Made by a program: the position numbers and the translations under genes. From a virus, in the IMG/VR virus record IMGVR_UViG_3300047562_003246, positions 121,238-185,237 of that record: DNA of 64,000 bases. One strand, 5' to 3'. The notes under the pieces were generated by a model. It had not been told where the DNA came from. It was given only the letters and a program-made list of their open reading frames with translations, and did not search any database. Below are positions 17,471 through 27,703 of this stretch, piece by piece. Position 1 is the stretch's first letter, and each line of letters opens with the position of its first letter.

Positions 17471-20400
17471 CGACAGAACAAAAAGTTTTCCCTTGCGACA
17501 AGCTTATCTTTCCACTACCACCGGCACTGTTACAAACTGCTAAGAAACTAAAAATAACACCGGAGGAACTTGTTCAAAAAGTTCTTTACGGTCGAGGAAA
17601 GTATTCTTTGCTAGTTGAAGTTGTTGACGGGATTTTTGAATCTAGGCAGTTTGTCCCAGGTCATGTTTGGTCAGCTGAGCCTAAGAACCCTACACCGGGT
17701 CCAAGATATCGCAGCGATGTAATGATTATCGACAAGATGCTCGATAAGGAAGCGCTTGAAAATAGGCGAATATTCAGCGGCGAGTCTGGAATGTTCTTGC
17801 ATAAGCTTTTGAAGCGATCAGGGCATAAAGATCCAGCGAGTTACTACGTAACGACGATGCTGAAAACAACGCAGCCTGATCCGATTGCTACTTACAAAGC
17901 GTATTGGACGCAGTATCAACTGCATTTTGTGTTGCAAGAAATATTACTTGTTCGTCCTAAGTACATGCTGCTAATGGGGGCCGATGTTGTAAAAGGCTTC
18001 TTCAAAAAGAACACCAAGATAGCTGACTTAGAAGGGCGAGTACATAAGTTAAAGTTCAAGCCTCCAGGCGAGAAATCTTTTACGGTTAAAGCAATCGTAA
18101 CGATGCGACCAGAGGCTATGTTGTATTCTCGCAGTGGTTATCAGGAAAAGAAGTTCATCAAGCAGTTGTCGTTGTTCCAGGCACTTGTTGCAGGCAATAA
18201 GCTTGCTAATACAGATAAGCTTCCAGAAATGCCTGGACACAGGATTATCGACAACGAGTACGATTTGCTGCAAGCGATTAAGCAGACCAAAAGAGACTCC
18301 AAGAAGTTCTCGAAAAAATTGATATGTATCGACTGTGAATGGCAAGGTGATCATCCACAGTCACACGGAGCCTATCTGCGTTGTGCTCAGTTTTCAGGTA
18401 AAGCAGGTACAGCTTATTGTGCTGCGTTGACGTTTCCAGGTGGTGCGCCCAGATTTAAAGTTAGACGCGATCCTAAAAAACCTATTGAGCAGGCTCACGC
18501 AGAGAATGATTACACGACTGAAAACGCTTCGCAAGTCGTAGCAAGACATCTGGCGAAAATGCTCAACGGCTTTCGTATGTGTGGTCACCAGATAAAAGCT
18601 GACTTGGAGTGGCTGGAGGCTTATGGATTCGAACAACCTAATGTTTATGAATTTCCAGAAAAACCAGAACAGTGCAAGGAATCAGGTCCGTTTGATACTT
18701 TGCTTGCAGCACATGCTTACGATGAGCAAGCGGATCTAGGTTTACGTGATCAGTTAGCCGTACATTTACCTCAGATACCAAATTACGACGCACACTTGGA
18801 CGCGGGTATCAAGGAGTTCATAGCCAATAGCAGCAAGTATTCAAAGAAAGGAGATTTAAACGGTTACGGAGAGCTACCTGACGAAGTACTTTATCCGTAC
18901 GCATTGTTCGACGCTGACGCTGGTTTACAACTAGCGTTGTTTTATTTAGACAGACTTGACAGAGACCAGAACGGATTATCTTGCTGGCCTGGATATTTCA
19001 GTAGCATCAGAGCGTTTCCTATAGCGCACGAAATTACCAAAGTCGGCATGCTGTTCGATAAAGATCAGGCGGATAAGCTGACCTTCGCTTTTATGCGTAA
19101 ACGTCAGGAGCTGCTATATCAACTGTACCAGCGAACTAACTGGTTCACGCTTAACATGGATTCGCCTTTTCATGTTCGCGAATTACTCTTTGGAGCGAAG
19201 TACAACGGCAGTAAAGACAAGAAAAGGATTAGACCACCTAAAGCACTGTCTTTGCTAGCTGAACCTGTATTAAGTGCAGGCAAGTATCAAAAAGATTGGG
19301 AAGAGATTCGGGCAAAAGGACTCGAATACAAAACGAACGTATCTGCAGGCGCAAAGGTTATCGGACTGATGACGCTTAATGCAGAGCATACCGAAGTAAG
19401 AAGGAGGGATATCGACGGAACTTTTGTATCAGCTACGGTTGATGCATCAGCGATACTTAAGAACATTAGAGAATTCAGGGCAGTTCACCAGCAGTTAAAG
19501 GGTCCATTACGACCACCGGTAGAGCCGCCAATGGATAGAGAAGACTGGCCAGAGGACGAAGCTTTTTATGAGAAAGGTATCCCAGGGTCAGTCTGTCTAG
19601 ATAACAGAGTACGTACGAGTATTCTGCAGATTAAGGAAACTGGTAGATGGGCATCTATAAATCCGCCGCTGCAGAATCTAAGCAGTCAGGTTGAGAAGTT
19701 GCTGCAAAAGATATTTGGTAGTGACTATCCTGGTTCAGTTAAGAATGTGTTTGTCGCCGACAAAGATTATTTTTTCATACCTGTCGACTTAAAAGGTGCT
19801 GAACTTCGGATGTGTGCCGTGCAGAGTTTAGACCCTGCATTTATTACTGCTACCGAAAGAATTTCGTTACCTGAAGACCATCCAGACTTTTTGGATATAC
19901 ACGGGGAGATCGCAGTCGAAGCGTTTAATCTGCCGTGTGCACCAACGAAGCATGCTATCGAAGAGTACGGCAGAGATGATCTGAGAACAGGAGCGAAGAC
20001 AGTTATTTTCGGTAAGTTCTATGGTCAGTCGATCGCAGCAGCAGTTATCGCTGTGCGTATGCGTGGAACCAATGCGACCATGGAGCAGCTGCAAAGGATC
20101 TCAGATACGATCGACGAAAAGTATCCAGGACTGGACTCTTTGTTCGATAAGTGTAGGAAGCGAGTCGAAAAGGGCTATCTGGTTACATGGAACGGTAGAA
20201 TCAGACACTTCCCTAAAACGAATGACGAGCAGAAGTTTCGAGCGATGCAGCGAGAAGCTTTAAACGCTCCGATTCAGGGCGGTGTTGCTGACTTTGTCGG
20301 CCTATTGTGCCATGAAGCGTTTCAGTATAGAAAAGAGACCGGCGCGGATTTCAAAGTCGTACTGCAAAAGCACGACGAGTTGATTTTCATGGTCCATAAA

Positions 20401-20604
20401 AGCTGGCTGAAACGGATTTGGCACGAAGCCATTCCTCACTGGTTTAACAAGCTTTTCTTCTGGCCTGCAGATCTAGAGGGTAGAAGAATTAAGGGACAAC
20501 CAGATTTCAAGTTTTACTATGATCGCGAATTGATGAAAGTGTGGGGCAAACATTTACCAAAAGCAGAACAGGAGGAACTACTAGGTAAAGGCTTCAACCA
20601 ATAA
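17464..20604 (+). CDS. polA: Family A DNA polymerase with N-terminal UDG-like domain
   Basis: Exo ICIDCEW / HQIKADL / YALFDA; motif A VDLKGAELR, motif B RTGAKTVIFGKFYG, motif C QKHDELIF. Confidence 0.92.
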   Translation: MLATEQKVFPCDKLIFPLPPALLQTAKKLKITPEELVQKVLYGRGKYSLLVEVVDGIFESRQFVPGHVWSAEPKNPTPGPRYRSDVMIIDKMLDKEALENRRIFSGESGMFLHKLLKRSGHKDPASYYVTTMLKTTQPDPIATYKAYWTQYQLHFVLQEILLVRPKYMLLMGADVVKGFFKKNTKIADLEGRVHKLKFKPPGEKSFTVKAIVTMRPEAMLYSRSGYQEKKFIKQLSLFQALVAGNKLANTDKLPEMPGHRIIDNEYDLLQAIKQTKRDSKKFSKKLICIDCEWQGDHPQSHGAYLRCAQFSGKAGTAYCAALTFPGGAPRFKVRRDPKKPIEQAHAENDYTTENASQVVARHLAKMLNGFRMCGHQIKADLEWLEAYGFEQPNVYEFPEKPEQCKESGPFDTLLAAHAYDEQADLGLRDQLAVHLPQIPNYDAHLDAGIKEFIANSSKYSKKGDLNGYGELPDEVLYPYALFDADAGLQLALFYLDRLDRDQNGLSCWPGYFSSIRAFPIAHEITKVGMLFDKDQADKLTFAFMRKRQELLYQLYQRTNWFTLNMDSPFHVRELLFGAKYNGSKDKKRIRPPKALSLLAEPVLSAGKYQKDWEEIRAKGLEYKTNVSAGAKVIGLMTLNAEHTEVRRRDIDGTFVSATVDASAILKNIREFRAVHQQLKGPLRPPVEPPMDREDWPEDEAFYEKGIPGSVCLDNRVRTSILQIKETGRWASINPPLQNLSSQVEKLLQKIFGSDYPGSVKNVFVADKDYFFIPVDLKGAELRMCAVQSLDPAFITATERISLPEDHPDFLDIHGEIAVEAFNLPCAPTKHAIEEYGRDDLRTGAKTVIFGKFYGQSIAAAVIAVRMRGTNATMEQLQRISDTIDEKYPGLDSLFDKCRKRVEKGYLVTWNGRIRHFPKTNDEQKFRAMQREALNAPIQGGVADFVGLLCHEAFQYRKETGADFKVVLQKHDELIFMVHKSWLKRIWHEAIPHWFNKLFFWPADLEGRRIKGQPDFKFYYDRELMKVWGKHLPKAEQEELLGKGFNQ

Positions 20605-20646
20605 AGCGGTTTGATTTGTTAGTTAATTTCTTTTGGAGATAGTTTC

Positions 20647-22281
20647 ATGGGTTTGAGTAAACAGAAAGCCGCGTCGAACGCAGGCATGCGTGCGGGGCTT
20701 TCATCAGGCAGTAAGTACCTAGTGGAGTCGTCTAGATTCCGAGTTGTTGAAGCACAATGGGACAAAGGTATACCGACTTGCGTACGAATTTTTCCAGAGT
20801 ACGATCACGACAACAAACGGTTTCTACCTTATCGGTTCGGCTTCTCAAACGATAAGTCTACGCTGGGTAACTGGCGTATGCCGTTGCCGATCATCAAGTA
20901 CGTCGGAACCGTAGGCAAGAAAGGAAAATTGAGCTGTATCCTGTACGATCCCGAAAGTGTTCGTAAAGGAAAGTACAACAAGGAGACGAATCCTTATATA
21001 GTTCTCAACGACGAATGCAAGGAAGCTGCAAACCTTGACGAAAACGTCATCAAAGTAGCTGGTAAGAAACTCGATACCGCAACTTGGCTGAAGTATTTCA
21101 AAGGTAAGCTTAGTCAGAAAGCATTTGCTGAGCCTCAGACAGCTTCGTTTATGCAGGTCGCCTTGTTTACCAGTCGCGGTAAGGTTGTGCTAAACGAAGA
21201 TAACGTTCCTCGCGGTTTGGCAAAGGACGACAGCCCTCAGCTGTTATTGATGACAGAAAAAGCCGCTGATGGTCTGGAGGATTTGTTGAACGAAACGACC
21301 GATAGTTTTGATCCAACAAAGACTATTAACCAGAAGACTGAAAGGTTGCTATCGAAGTACTATCAGTACGGAGATATCACTTCGATGACTAATGGTAAAT
21401 TCTTAATCCTCTGCAACACAGACGCTGAGCACACGGTGTCTGCTTTGACAGGTGACGAGGAAGACGACAAGATTTGGCTCGAAGGTACTGGCGATAACAT
21501 CGCTTACAGTTTGGCTTTGGTTGACAGTATTAAAGTTAAGCCAAAGAAGAAACGAAGTGTGGTGTTCGAACAAGATATAAGTCAGTTCGAAGATCAAATG
21601 AGAAAGACTGCGGTCGATTGGTTCTCTGATGATTTGTTCAGAATCATGAGTGACGAAGAGTTAGCAGTTGAACTTGTTAAGTGCTATGCCAACAGAATTG
21701 AGTTGGTCGAGTACGGCTGGCGAGAAAAGTTGCCACACTTGCTTAAGCTTGATGAAGTTAAGAGCATCATGGCGAATCGCACTCAGGGATTTGTTCCAGG
21801 CGGTTCGGACGAAGATGACGACGATGAAGATATGGATGACGAAGACACCGACACCATCGGCGGCGACGATGATGACGATGATGATGACGGTGGTTCATCT
21901 AGAAAGAAGCGAAGCAATAAACTGAAGGGTAAAGGATCTTCAGTTTACGGTAAGGTTAAGGCTGAATATGGTAGCGGTAAGAAGCGTCGAAGAGGCGTCG
22001 AAGTCGATGATGACGATGACGATGACGACGATGATGATGCCGATACTAGTGATGAGGATGATGATGACGTTGTCGACTTGTCAGGCTCAGACGTAGAGGA
22101 TGACGATGATGACGACGATGATGACGACGATGCGGATGTTGATGCGGATGATGAGGAGGAAGAAGAACCTACTCCGCCTAAGCGTCGACCGAAGTCAAGT
22201 AAGAAACAGGTTAATCCTAAAACTAAAATTGCAAAGACTTCGTCGACAAAGAAATCTTCTAAGAAGAAGAAAAGAACGTAA
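20647..22281 (+). CDS. Putative single-stranded DNA-binding protein with acidic/basic tail
   Basis: Position between pol and recA; VRIFP motif reminiscent of gp32-like SSBs; long D-rich then K-rich C-terminus. Confidence 0.45.
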   Translation: MGLSKQKAASNAGMRAGLSSGSKYLVESSRFRVVEAQWDKGIPTCVRIFPEYDHDNKRFLPYRFGFSNDKSTLGNWRMPLPIIKYVGTVGKKGKLSCILYDPESVRKGKYNKETNPYIVLNDECKEAANLDENVIKVAGKKLDTATWLKYFKGKLSQKAFAEPQTASFMQVALFTSRGKVVLNEDNVPRGLAKDDSPQLLLMTEKAADGLEDLLNETTDSFDPTKTINQKTERLLSKYYQYGDITSMTNGKFLILCNTDAEHTVSALTGDEEDDKIWLEGTGDNIAYSLALVDSIKVKPKKKRSVVFEQDISQFEDQMRKTAVDWFSDDLFRIMSDEELAVELVKCYANRIELVEYGWREKLPHLLKLDEVKSIMANRTQGFVPGGSDEDDDDEDMDDEDTDTIGGDDDDDDDDGGSSRKKRSNKLKGKGSSVYGKVKAEYGSGKKRRRGVEVDDDDDDDDDDDADTSDEDDDDVVDLSGSDVEDDDDDDDDDDDADVDADDEEEEEPTPPKRRPKSSKKQVNPKTKIAKTSSTKKSSKKKKRT

Positions 22282-22314
22282 GGTTACTTAGTAATTTTTA
22301 GTTGCGACACTTAT

Positions 22315-22348
22315 AAGACAGCCTCTAACTAAGGGGCTGTCTTTTTTT
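22315..22348 (+). terminator. Intrinsic terminator
   Basis: AAGACAGCCTCT / AGGGGCTGTCTT + T run. Confidence 0.85.
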
Positions 22349-22381
22349 ATTCTCGCGCGGTAAAACTATGAGGATTGAGTT

Positions 22382-24010
22382 GTGCCTAAGAAAATACTAA
22401 GGACCAGACTAATGCAGAAGAAGAAAAAAACCTTGGGTAGTTTGATTGCAGAAAATAATGCAGAGAAGCCGAAGGTGAAGCGTAAAAGAGGCTTGACAAG
22501 ACCCGATAGAACTGTTGCAGAAGAGCCGAGAGAAGACTTCGTAGAGCAAGAAGAAGAAACTGAAGAGGTACCAGCGAGAAAGAAGAAGCGCGCAGGATCC
22601 TACGCAAAACCGATCGTAATGGATTTGGATGATATTAATAAAGCCAGCCTGTTGCCCGGCAAGTCGGATAAAAAACAGCCAGCTGCCTTGAAAAAGATTA
22701 AAGACAAGAACACCTATTTCTTGTACTTACAATCAAGCATGACATCTGCGTCTGAAAATTCGATTGTGTCTGTTCGAGGTACAGCTTCGCGTGCGCACCT
22801 TGTGATGCCACTGCCGCTGCCGCTACAAATAACGATGCAGGTCAACGGTATACCGTATGGAACTTTTATTGAAGTTGCCGGTGACAAGGGTTCGCTTAAA
22901 TCATCGTTTGTGCTCGGGATGGCGAGAATATTCAACGGGTTTGATTACTCGTTACCTGACCATATAGGTTTTGCTGACTATGTTTCCAACGAGTCAAAAT
23001 ATCCCGATGGCCTAGTTAGTGCAATCTGTGGCTACGAGGATGAGCATTTGGCTTTGCGTCCAGATAGCCTGTACGCCGTCAAGGCTCATCGCAGCGGATC
23101 GATGAACGAATGGCAAAAGATCATTCTTTCTCGACTTAAAGAGTACGAGAAGTTGGCTGACCCAAAACGCGGCTTGCCCTACTTGATCATTCTTGACAGT
23201 ATTACTGCAAAATTGTTGGATTCGACAGCAAAAAAGATTGTCAAAGAAGGTATGGCGGATCGAGCGTTTTCGATTGAAGCAGATTCTATACGCCGGTTCA
23301 TGGCAACTGTCATGAATAAGATCGAAGATTATCCGATCGTGTTTATGGGAGTTAATCACGTCAGGCGTGACAAAGAAATTGGTAAGTTTGCGGAAGTCAG
23401 GTCAAAACCAGGAGGACGCTACCTGAGTTATCAGGAGATTTTTGACCTAGACATGAAGCAGTTCAAGAAGCCCTGGAAGATTAACTCGCCAGATAACATT
23501 GATTATGCGTTTATTCATATGAACGCAACAAAGCTAACTGTGGAGAAAAGTTCTATCGGGCAGACTTTTAATTCCTGCGTACTGTATTACTCGTATACGT
23601 ACTCAAACTACTGTGAAATGCCAGATGGCTCTATTATCGCATTTAAGAGTAAAGATCCGCACGTCAAGCTCAGACAGCGAAGTAAATGGGAATGGGGCAG
23701 GTCGCTTTGTAATAAGATTGCTACGGCATCAAAAGATATTGTTGGAAAACAAAGAGCGAAACTCAACGATGTCTGTCGTGTAGACGCGGCTAATGAGCTT
23801 GTAGCTACGTGCAAGCAAATATCGAAAGTCGCGATGGATTCAGAGAAGCTAGGACGATTGATTATGCAGGATGAGCGAATGTGTGAGAAGATCGCAGATA
23901 TCTTTGCTGTGCAGCAATATCCGGTTTACGAACCAGGCACAGACTACTGCGGAATAAGAGGTATCGAACGGAAAAAGAAAAGTGCTAAGGAGCTAAGCGA
24001 TAGTGAGTAA
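22382..24010 (+). CDS. recA: RecA/UvsX-like recombinase with basic N-terminal extension
   Basis: GIPYGTFIEVAGDKGSLKSS, IILDSITA, VFMGVNH, KPGG. Confidence 0.85.
   Translation: MPKKILRTRLMQKKKKTLGSLIAENNAEKPKVKRKRGLTRPDRTVAEEPREDFVEQEEETEEVPARKKKRAGSYAKPIVMDLDDINKASLLPGKSDKKQPAALKKIKDKNTYFLYLQSSMTSASENSIVSVRGTASRAHLVMPLPLPLQITMQVNGIPYGTFIEVAGDKGSLKSSFVLGMARIFNGFDYSLPDHIGFADYVSNESKYPDGLVSAICGYEDEHLALRPDSLYAVKAHRSGSMNEWQKIILSRLKEYEKLADPKRGLPYLIILDSITAKLLDSTAKKIVKEGMADRAFSIEADSIRRFMATVMNKIEDYPIVFMGVNHVRRDKEIGKFAEVRSKPGGRYLSYQEIFDLDMKQFKKPWKINSPDNIDYAFIHMNATKLTVEKSSIGQTFNSCVLYYSYTYSNYCEMPDGSIIAFKSKDPHVKLRQRSKWEWGRSLCNKIATASKDIVGKQRAKLNDVCRVDAANELVATCKQISKVAMDSEKLGRLIMQDERMCEKIADIFAVQQYPVYEPGTDYCGIRGIERKKKSAKELSDSE
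22590..22603 (-). repeat. 14-bp motif copy 4
   Basis: GCGCAGGATCCTAC, read as RAGSY. Confidence 0.97.
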
Positions 24011-24566
24011 CATGGACCCCATGCGATTTCTTGCGAAGAAAAAAGATCTCCGCAGGAAAAACTCAGCTGGTCTCGACGGCAAGGGTATCGCCGCCAGGAT
24101 GAACGTCAACTTGGCAATCAAGCACATATTCCAAGGCGCTGAAAGGCCGGAGTTATTGAGAGCTTGTTGGCGTTATGCAGAGGACGCAGGAAGAGACTAT
24201 TTGAAGTTTGAGGATATGGACCAGTTCTTAGGCACGTTTATGCGGTTCAAGCTTCTGACAGAGAATAAAGCCAGCACAGGTATCCTCAACGCAGTCGGAC
24301 ACTATCTGGACGGGTTCCCTAAGAAACTCATTAAGAATTACGAAGACTGGTACAAGGAATGTGAGGATACGACGCCAGAGGCGATACCCATTATTGTGCT
24401 CAAGCTACCTAACCTAAAGTGCCAAATGGGCGTTTTGAGGGAAGGTGCTTTGGGTACTGATACTGCGGGTAGCAGTGGTATCGTGTACGTTAGCGAAGAA
24501 GCTAGCTATGTGCTGCAGTCGTGCAGGGCGTTTGGAGCAGAGATAGCGGGCTACTTGAATCAGTAG
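24003..24566 (+). CDS. Hypothetical protein
   Basis: 187 aa; stop codon supplied by motif copy 5. Confidence 0.65.
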   Translation: MSNMDPMRFLAKKKDLRRKNSAGLDGKGIAARMNVNLAIKHIFQGAERPELLRACWRYAEDAGRDYLKFEDMDQFLGTFMRFKLLTENKASTGILNAVGHYLDGFPKKLIKNYEDWYKECEDTTPEAIPIIVLKLPNLKCQMGVLREGALGTDTAGSSGIVYVSEEASYVLQSCRAFGAEIAGYLNQ

Positions 24567-24576
24567 GATCCTGCGC
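24563..24576 (+). repeat. 14-bp motif copy 5
   Basis: Exact; TAG = stop of 24003..24566. Confidence 0.97.
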
Positions 24577-24590
24577 AGCGAAGATGGCAA

Positions 24591-25637
24591 ATGTTTGTTC
24601 CGGTAACCGTTCGAAGGTTTGTAGGCCCTAAATCGGCGGATGCGTTATCGGAACATTTAGCTAAGCAAAAGCAAAATACCAAGCTGGTTAAGATCATTAA
24701 CCCAGCGATGATCAGACTAGCCAGCAACGGTAAGATAGCTGGCAAATTTCAGCTGACCACAGCAGCGGCTCGGGAGTTTGGTTCCCGTATCGCTCAGCAT
24801 TTCGGATCGTCTCTAATCGATCTGTCGCAGTACGCCGTGAACGAAGCTTCTACGCAGAAAATTGTCGAGGCAGTCAATGATTTCTCTTCTTTGGCCTATT
24901 CAAAGTTTGAGGATTGGAAGCTGGTTATCGATGTTGAAGAGAAGCTAGTTGTCGGTTTGGTCGGTCCAAGGTATCGTGTGACTACGAACTTCGATTTCTG
25001 GTCAGGTATTCGTCGGACGTGTTTGCAACAGGCAGATATCCCTCGCTTGTTTACCGCTACGCTGAGTAATCGCAATTTGGACATAGTCATGGCAGGTAAG
25101 GACCACGTCTCTGCCGGATCGTCTATCTTTGTGCGAGGTATTTTGGCTCAGAACGCGGAAACGTCAGGAAGAGCTGTTCGAGCGTCCAACGTGTTGATTG
25201 CATGGGAGTCGGGAGAGTCGGGCCATGGAGAGTGGGCTTGCGACAATTTTTATACGGACACTAGAATTCCACACCTTAAAGGGAGGCGATTTGACTCGCG
25301 GATGACGAAAATATACGATCGTCTGCGAGCCAGAAGAATCAGCGATGCAACGATTAAAAAGGCATGGGAAAGCGCGGCCAAAACTAGGCTGTTCGACACC
25401 TCCTTTTCAGCTGAAAAGCTAGTTGATAAGCTGACTGAATTGCTGCAGGCAAAGGGTCTGAGTAAGAAAGACGCCAAGTATGCTGCAAGCGGTACAGTGT
25501 TTCAAAGTCAACGACCTACTGTCGTTGATTTGTTCCGTGCCCTGAGTCGACAAGCAAAGGGTAGAAATGACGTAAACGCGATTAAATGTCGACAAGTCGC
25601 GTACAGTTTGTGTTTCATTAAAAAGGATTCACGGTAA
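24591..25637 (+). CDS. DUF932-like phage protein
   Basis: LVVGLVGPRYRVTTN resembles the DUF932 G.V..rY...N motif. Confidence 0.4.
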   Translation: MFVPVTVRRFVGPKSADALSEHLAKQKQNTKLVKIINPAMIRLASNGKIAGKFQLTTAAAREFGSRIAQHFGSSLIDLSQYAVNEASTQKIVEAVNDFSSLAYSKFEDWKLVIDVEEKLVVGLVGPRYRVTTNFDFWSGIRRTCLQQADIPRLFTATLSNRNLDIVMAGKDHVSAGSSIFVRGILAQNAETSGRAVRASNVLIAWESGESGHGEWACDNFYTDTRIPHLKGRRFDSRMTKIYDRLRARRISDATIKKAWESAAKTRLFDTSFSAEKLVDKLTELLQAKGLSKKDAKYAASGTVFQSQRPTVVDLFRALSRQAKGRNDVNAIKCRQVAYSLCFIKKDSR

Positions 25638-26914
25638 TGACAAAGAAAGCTTCCAGTAAGAAAACTACTGGGAAATCCAACGTTCCAAAAAAGACCGGTA
25701 AGACGGTGACGAAAGCCGCTGTCGATAAACCAGCAAAGACAACGAAGACCACGAAAGCAGTCAAGGCTGCTAAGTCCGAAAAGTCGGCTAAAGCAGGGAA
25801 AGAAACGACTAAGGCCGTTTCTCGTCGCAAGGTTAACAATCCCGAAGCATCTGAGAAGAAAGCAGATAAGTCGAAGAACAACGCTGCTCTATCGAAGATG
25901 CCGGGAACCGTTCGCAGCGTCATGACGACGATCGATACGTTTAACTCCGAGCAAAAGAAGTACTACGAAACGATTCGTGATTTGTACTCGGAGTTCAGTC
26001 GCAAGAGTATTCTGATCGCTTATCAAATTGGTGAAAAGCTTTTGGAATGTCAGCGGAAATTCCCAAAGACAGACATCGCTGCGGCGATCTGTTCGGCGGC
26101 GAATATTAGCGACGCGCAGGGTCGGTACTTCCGTAAGTTTTCTGAGCGTCTGACCTTAAAAGAGGTCGAGATGTATGCGGAGCTGGAAAACCAGTACACT
26201 AAGTGGAAGATTCCAATCGACACTTTGTACAAGTTGACCCAGCGAGTTGAGAGTGCTACTCGTCGTAAGGCAATCGTCAAGATCGTCGTGGCGGAGCAGC
26301 TTGGCTGGAAGAGTCTGGAAAAAGACAGTGCTCGTTTTCCTGAGTTGGCTGCGACAGGCGAGGACGGTGACGATGAAGCAGCACCAGAATTGCTGACAGT
26401 CGATGCAGCTAAGAAAAAGTTGATCGACACAATGAAGAAAGAGACAGCAGCTGTTAAGAAGCTGGTTAATGTCTTGCTTCAGATGAATGTCGAAGAAGAA
26501 CTAGATACTGCCGTACAGTATCTGAAGGAAATTCGCCATGAAATGCAGCTTGGCGAGGTGCTTCGTCAAGGATTATTAATGTCTCTCAATAAGCTTACCG
26601 AAGCTATTGAAGAACAAGATAATGAAACTCTTATTTCGACGATGGTTCATCTTAAGGAGATTATCGAAAAAGCTGAGGAAGCCGGAGACGAGGCAGAGGA
26701 ATACGACGAGGACGAAGACGAAGAGTCAGACGACACTACCGAGGATGATAGTGATGACTCCGACGACGATGACGACGACGATGATGATGACGAGTCAGAT
26801 ACTGATGAGTCAGACGATGATGAGGATTATGACGACGACGAGGAGTATGACGACGACGAGGAGTATGACGACGACGAAGAGTATGACGATGATGATGAAG
26901 AGGACGAAGACTGA
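25637..26914 (+). CDS. Putative nucleoid/DNA-binding protein (H1-like N-terminus, acidic C-terminus)
   Basis: K/A/T-rich first ~80 aa; AYQIGEKLLE resembles DUF3102; D/E tail with EEYDDD repeats. Confidence 0.5.
   Translation: MTKKASSKKTTGKSNVPKKTGKTVTKAAVDKPAKTTKTTKAVKAAKSEKSAKAGKETTKAVSRRKVNNPEASEKKADKSKNNAALSKMPGTVRSVMTTIDTFNSEQKKYYETIRDLYSEFSRKSILIAYQIGEKLLECQRKFPKTDIAAAICSAANISDAQGRYFRKFSERLTLKEVEMYAELENQYTKWKIPIDTLYKLTQRVESATRRKAIVKIVVAEQLGWKSLEKDSARFPELAATGEDGDDEAAPELLTVDAAKKKLIDTMKKETAAVKKLVNVLLQMNVEEELDTAVQYLKEIRHEMQLGEVLRQGLLMSLNKLTEAIEEQDNETLISTMVHLKEIIEKAEEAGDEAEEYDEDEDEESDDTTEDDSDDSDDDDDDDDDDESDTDESDDDEDYDDDEEYDDDEEYDDDEEYDDDDEEDED
26828..26890 (+). repeat. 18-bp coding tandem repeat (YDDDEE x3)
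   Basis: TATGACGACGACGARGAG units. Confidence 0.85.
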
Positions 26915-26919
26915 TCCTT

Positions 26920-27264
26920 ATGCAGGTCATCTTTAGTCATCACGACTTGGGAGGTATGGCGGATATTAACGTAATCATCGTTGATACTCTTAACCGTACC
27001 TCCCAAGATCTTAAAATACTCAACAAGTTTGCAGTTGGTGACGGATTCGATAAACCAACGTTTAACACGGGATTAGGCGGTGCAAAGATTGCTGTCCCTG
27101 TGTTCAAACTCAACGGCAATAACGCTGTTAGTTTCGGTTTCTATTTAGCTTTGTGCATGATCGAGGTTAGGAATCAAAATCCTAATATCAATACGTGCGA
27201 AGTGTTTCTAGTCAAATCAGACGATGACGAGTTATCTTATGGAGCAATCTACTACGCCAAATAA
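26920..27264 (+). CDS. Hypothetical protein
   Basis: 114 aa, operonic. Confidence 0.6.
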   Translation: MQVIFSHHDLGGMADINVIIVDTLNRTSQDLKILNKFAVGDGFDKPTFNTGLGGAKIAVPVFKLNGNNAVSFGFYLALCMIEVRNQNPNINTCEVFLVKSDDDELSYGAIYYAK

Positions 27265-27697
27265 TACAGAAGCAGGGCTGGTAGTCGCTAGCAAGCCGAA
27301 GACAGATCCTCGATTTATCGATCTGGCTAAGAACGGTTTGAAAGTTAAACGAGTAAAGAAAGATTTATATCTTGAGTTGTTCAGTAATGCACAGTTTGTA
27401 GGTTCTATTAGCGTAGGATCTTACAAAAACGTTGCAGAAGCTAGAGCAGCAGAGTGCTTAGCAGAACTAATCATCGCTACGATGATGGCGGCTATTCCTA
27501 TTGATAGCATGCAGGAAGCTTTTGATAACATCAGAAATGGACTACAAGCTGCCAACATCGGTGTTCCTGTAGGTAACGAGCCCAGGACATTCAATCAGGA
27601 TATTGATCCGACTTATTCGTTTTCTTACTACGATCAGCAGAAGGATGCCATCATCGCCGGTGAGGTAAACCTTTTCGCTGAAATTCACAGGGCTTAG
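27224..27697 (+). CDS. Hypothetical protein
   Basis: 157 aa, operonic. Confidence 0.6.
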   Translation: MTSYLMEQSTTPNNTEAGLVVASKPKTDPRFIDLAKNGLKVKRVKKDLYLELFSNAQFVGSISVGSYKNVAEARAAECLAELIIATMMAAIPIDSMQEAFDNIRNGLQAANIGVPVGNEPRTFNQDIDPTYSFSYYDQQKDAIIAGEVNLFAEIHRA

Positions 27698-27703
27698 TAA
27701 CCC

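Noticed and set aside
27413-27424. GTAGGATCTTAC near-palindromic variant
   Set aside because: One mismatch from the symmetric 12-mer; may be real but is excluded from counts for lack of significance.
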